In this document: in pieces, positions 63,182 to 64,000 of the stretch | Layout: each line of letters begins with the position of its first letter | How positions within the stretch are numbered: position 1 is the stretch's first letter | Source of the DNA: Phoronis australis | Lineage: Eukaryota > Animalia > Phoronida | Direction of reading: 5' to 3' | NCBI GenBank assembly: GCA_002633005.1 | Contig: NMRA01000640.1 | Coordinates: 1 to 64,000, forward strand | DNA: 64,000 bases | Made by a program: the position numbers and the translations under genes | The notes under the pieces: generated by a model | What the model was told of the DNA's origin: nothing | The model's input: only the letters and a program-made list of their open reading frames with translations | Database searches by the model: none

Positions 63182-64000
63182 CTGGAAAGACAAGAAATTC
63201 ATCAGCAACAGAAACCTCTGGAGTGTGAAGCTTCTGTGTAAAACAGATCCATTTTCTTACAAATAAGCACTCTTGATTTTATCTCTAAACTTAAGACATC
63301 CGCCAGGAAATGTTTTCAGACTTGTAGCCTAATTTCTGTTGACATTATACCTGTGATCCAGAGGCCTAAAGATTAAAATAAATTATTGATTATTTGGAAA
63401 GCGTTGTCTAGATTAAATACCACATTTTTAACTGCAATAGATACCAGTCCTGTGATTTAATTAACGTAATTAGTATGCATAGGATGTAATAACAACTGAA
63501 ATCCAGTGCACTCAGTGACAGTACATGACGAAAGACAACCAAGAGTTTGCGCAAAACTGAAATGCAACTCATAATGAAGCAAGACTAGCCAACAAATAAA
63601 ACACAATTATCAAGAACATTCTTCAAGAAATCAACAAAGAACAAAATGACATCCAATCAAACTACTCGTGTCCCATACTTCTAACAACCGATCCTGCACC
63701 AGACCTTAAGAAACCACCACACACTGCGAAAATTTTGTGGCATAAGCATAAGTTTTTTTTTTGTTTTTCAATTTTTCGGAAGTTATCAGTGGGAAAGCCT
63801 TCAAGCAATCTCTACGTTATTCTAGTCTCATCATACATTGCTTGCTGTCTCGTAATTTGTGACAATGAATTTCAAAACATGTTGCAGTTGGTTTCACTAT
63901 GTTCAAACACAACAGATGGAGCTATAGTAGCAATGAACAGGGAGCAGTAATTCGGTTATACCTGCAAAGTTTGCTCAAAATGGAAAACAGTTATTCTCTA

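Overview
This is eukaryotic (invertebrate, probably lophotrochozoan or mollusc-like; inferred) AT-rich genomic DNA with one assembly gap at about 1747-2099. It holds two host genes. A two-coding-exon carbohydrate sulfotransferase (Sulfotransfer_2 / CHST-like, + strand, 40960-46576) converges on the last 15 coding exons of the HECT E3 ligase HUWE1 (- strand, 48542-63181; the gene starts beyond the window). The first 40 kb is a graveyard of nested transposons: two internally deleted Kolobok elements with TTAA TSDs, each with a convergent THAP ORF and a KolX / P2X7-ballast-like Cys-rich ORF; a decayed THAP + YqaJ-exonuclease (ISL2EU-like) element; two IS3EU-type elements with 21-bp subterminal arrays; Helentron-associated (HINE-like) elements whose tandem core is an array of CTCF-like motifs; L1/Tx1, HERO/NeSL-like and L2/CR1-like LINE remnants; a hAT transposase fragment; and several MITEs. 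The most notable observations are the CTCF-motif-array element, four in-frame tandem copies of a HUWE1 5' splice site, and the THAP+KolX Kolobok derivatives lacking the catalytic core. All family assignments are by motif recognition; no database search was run.
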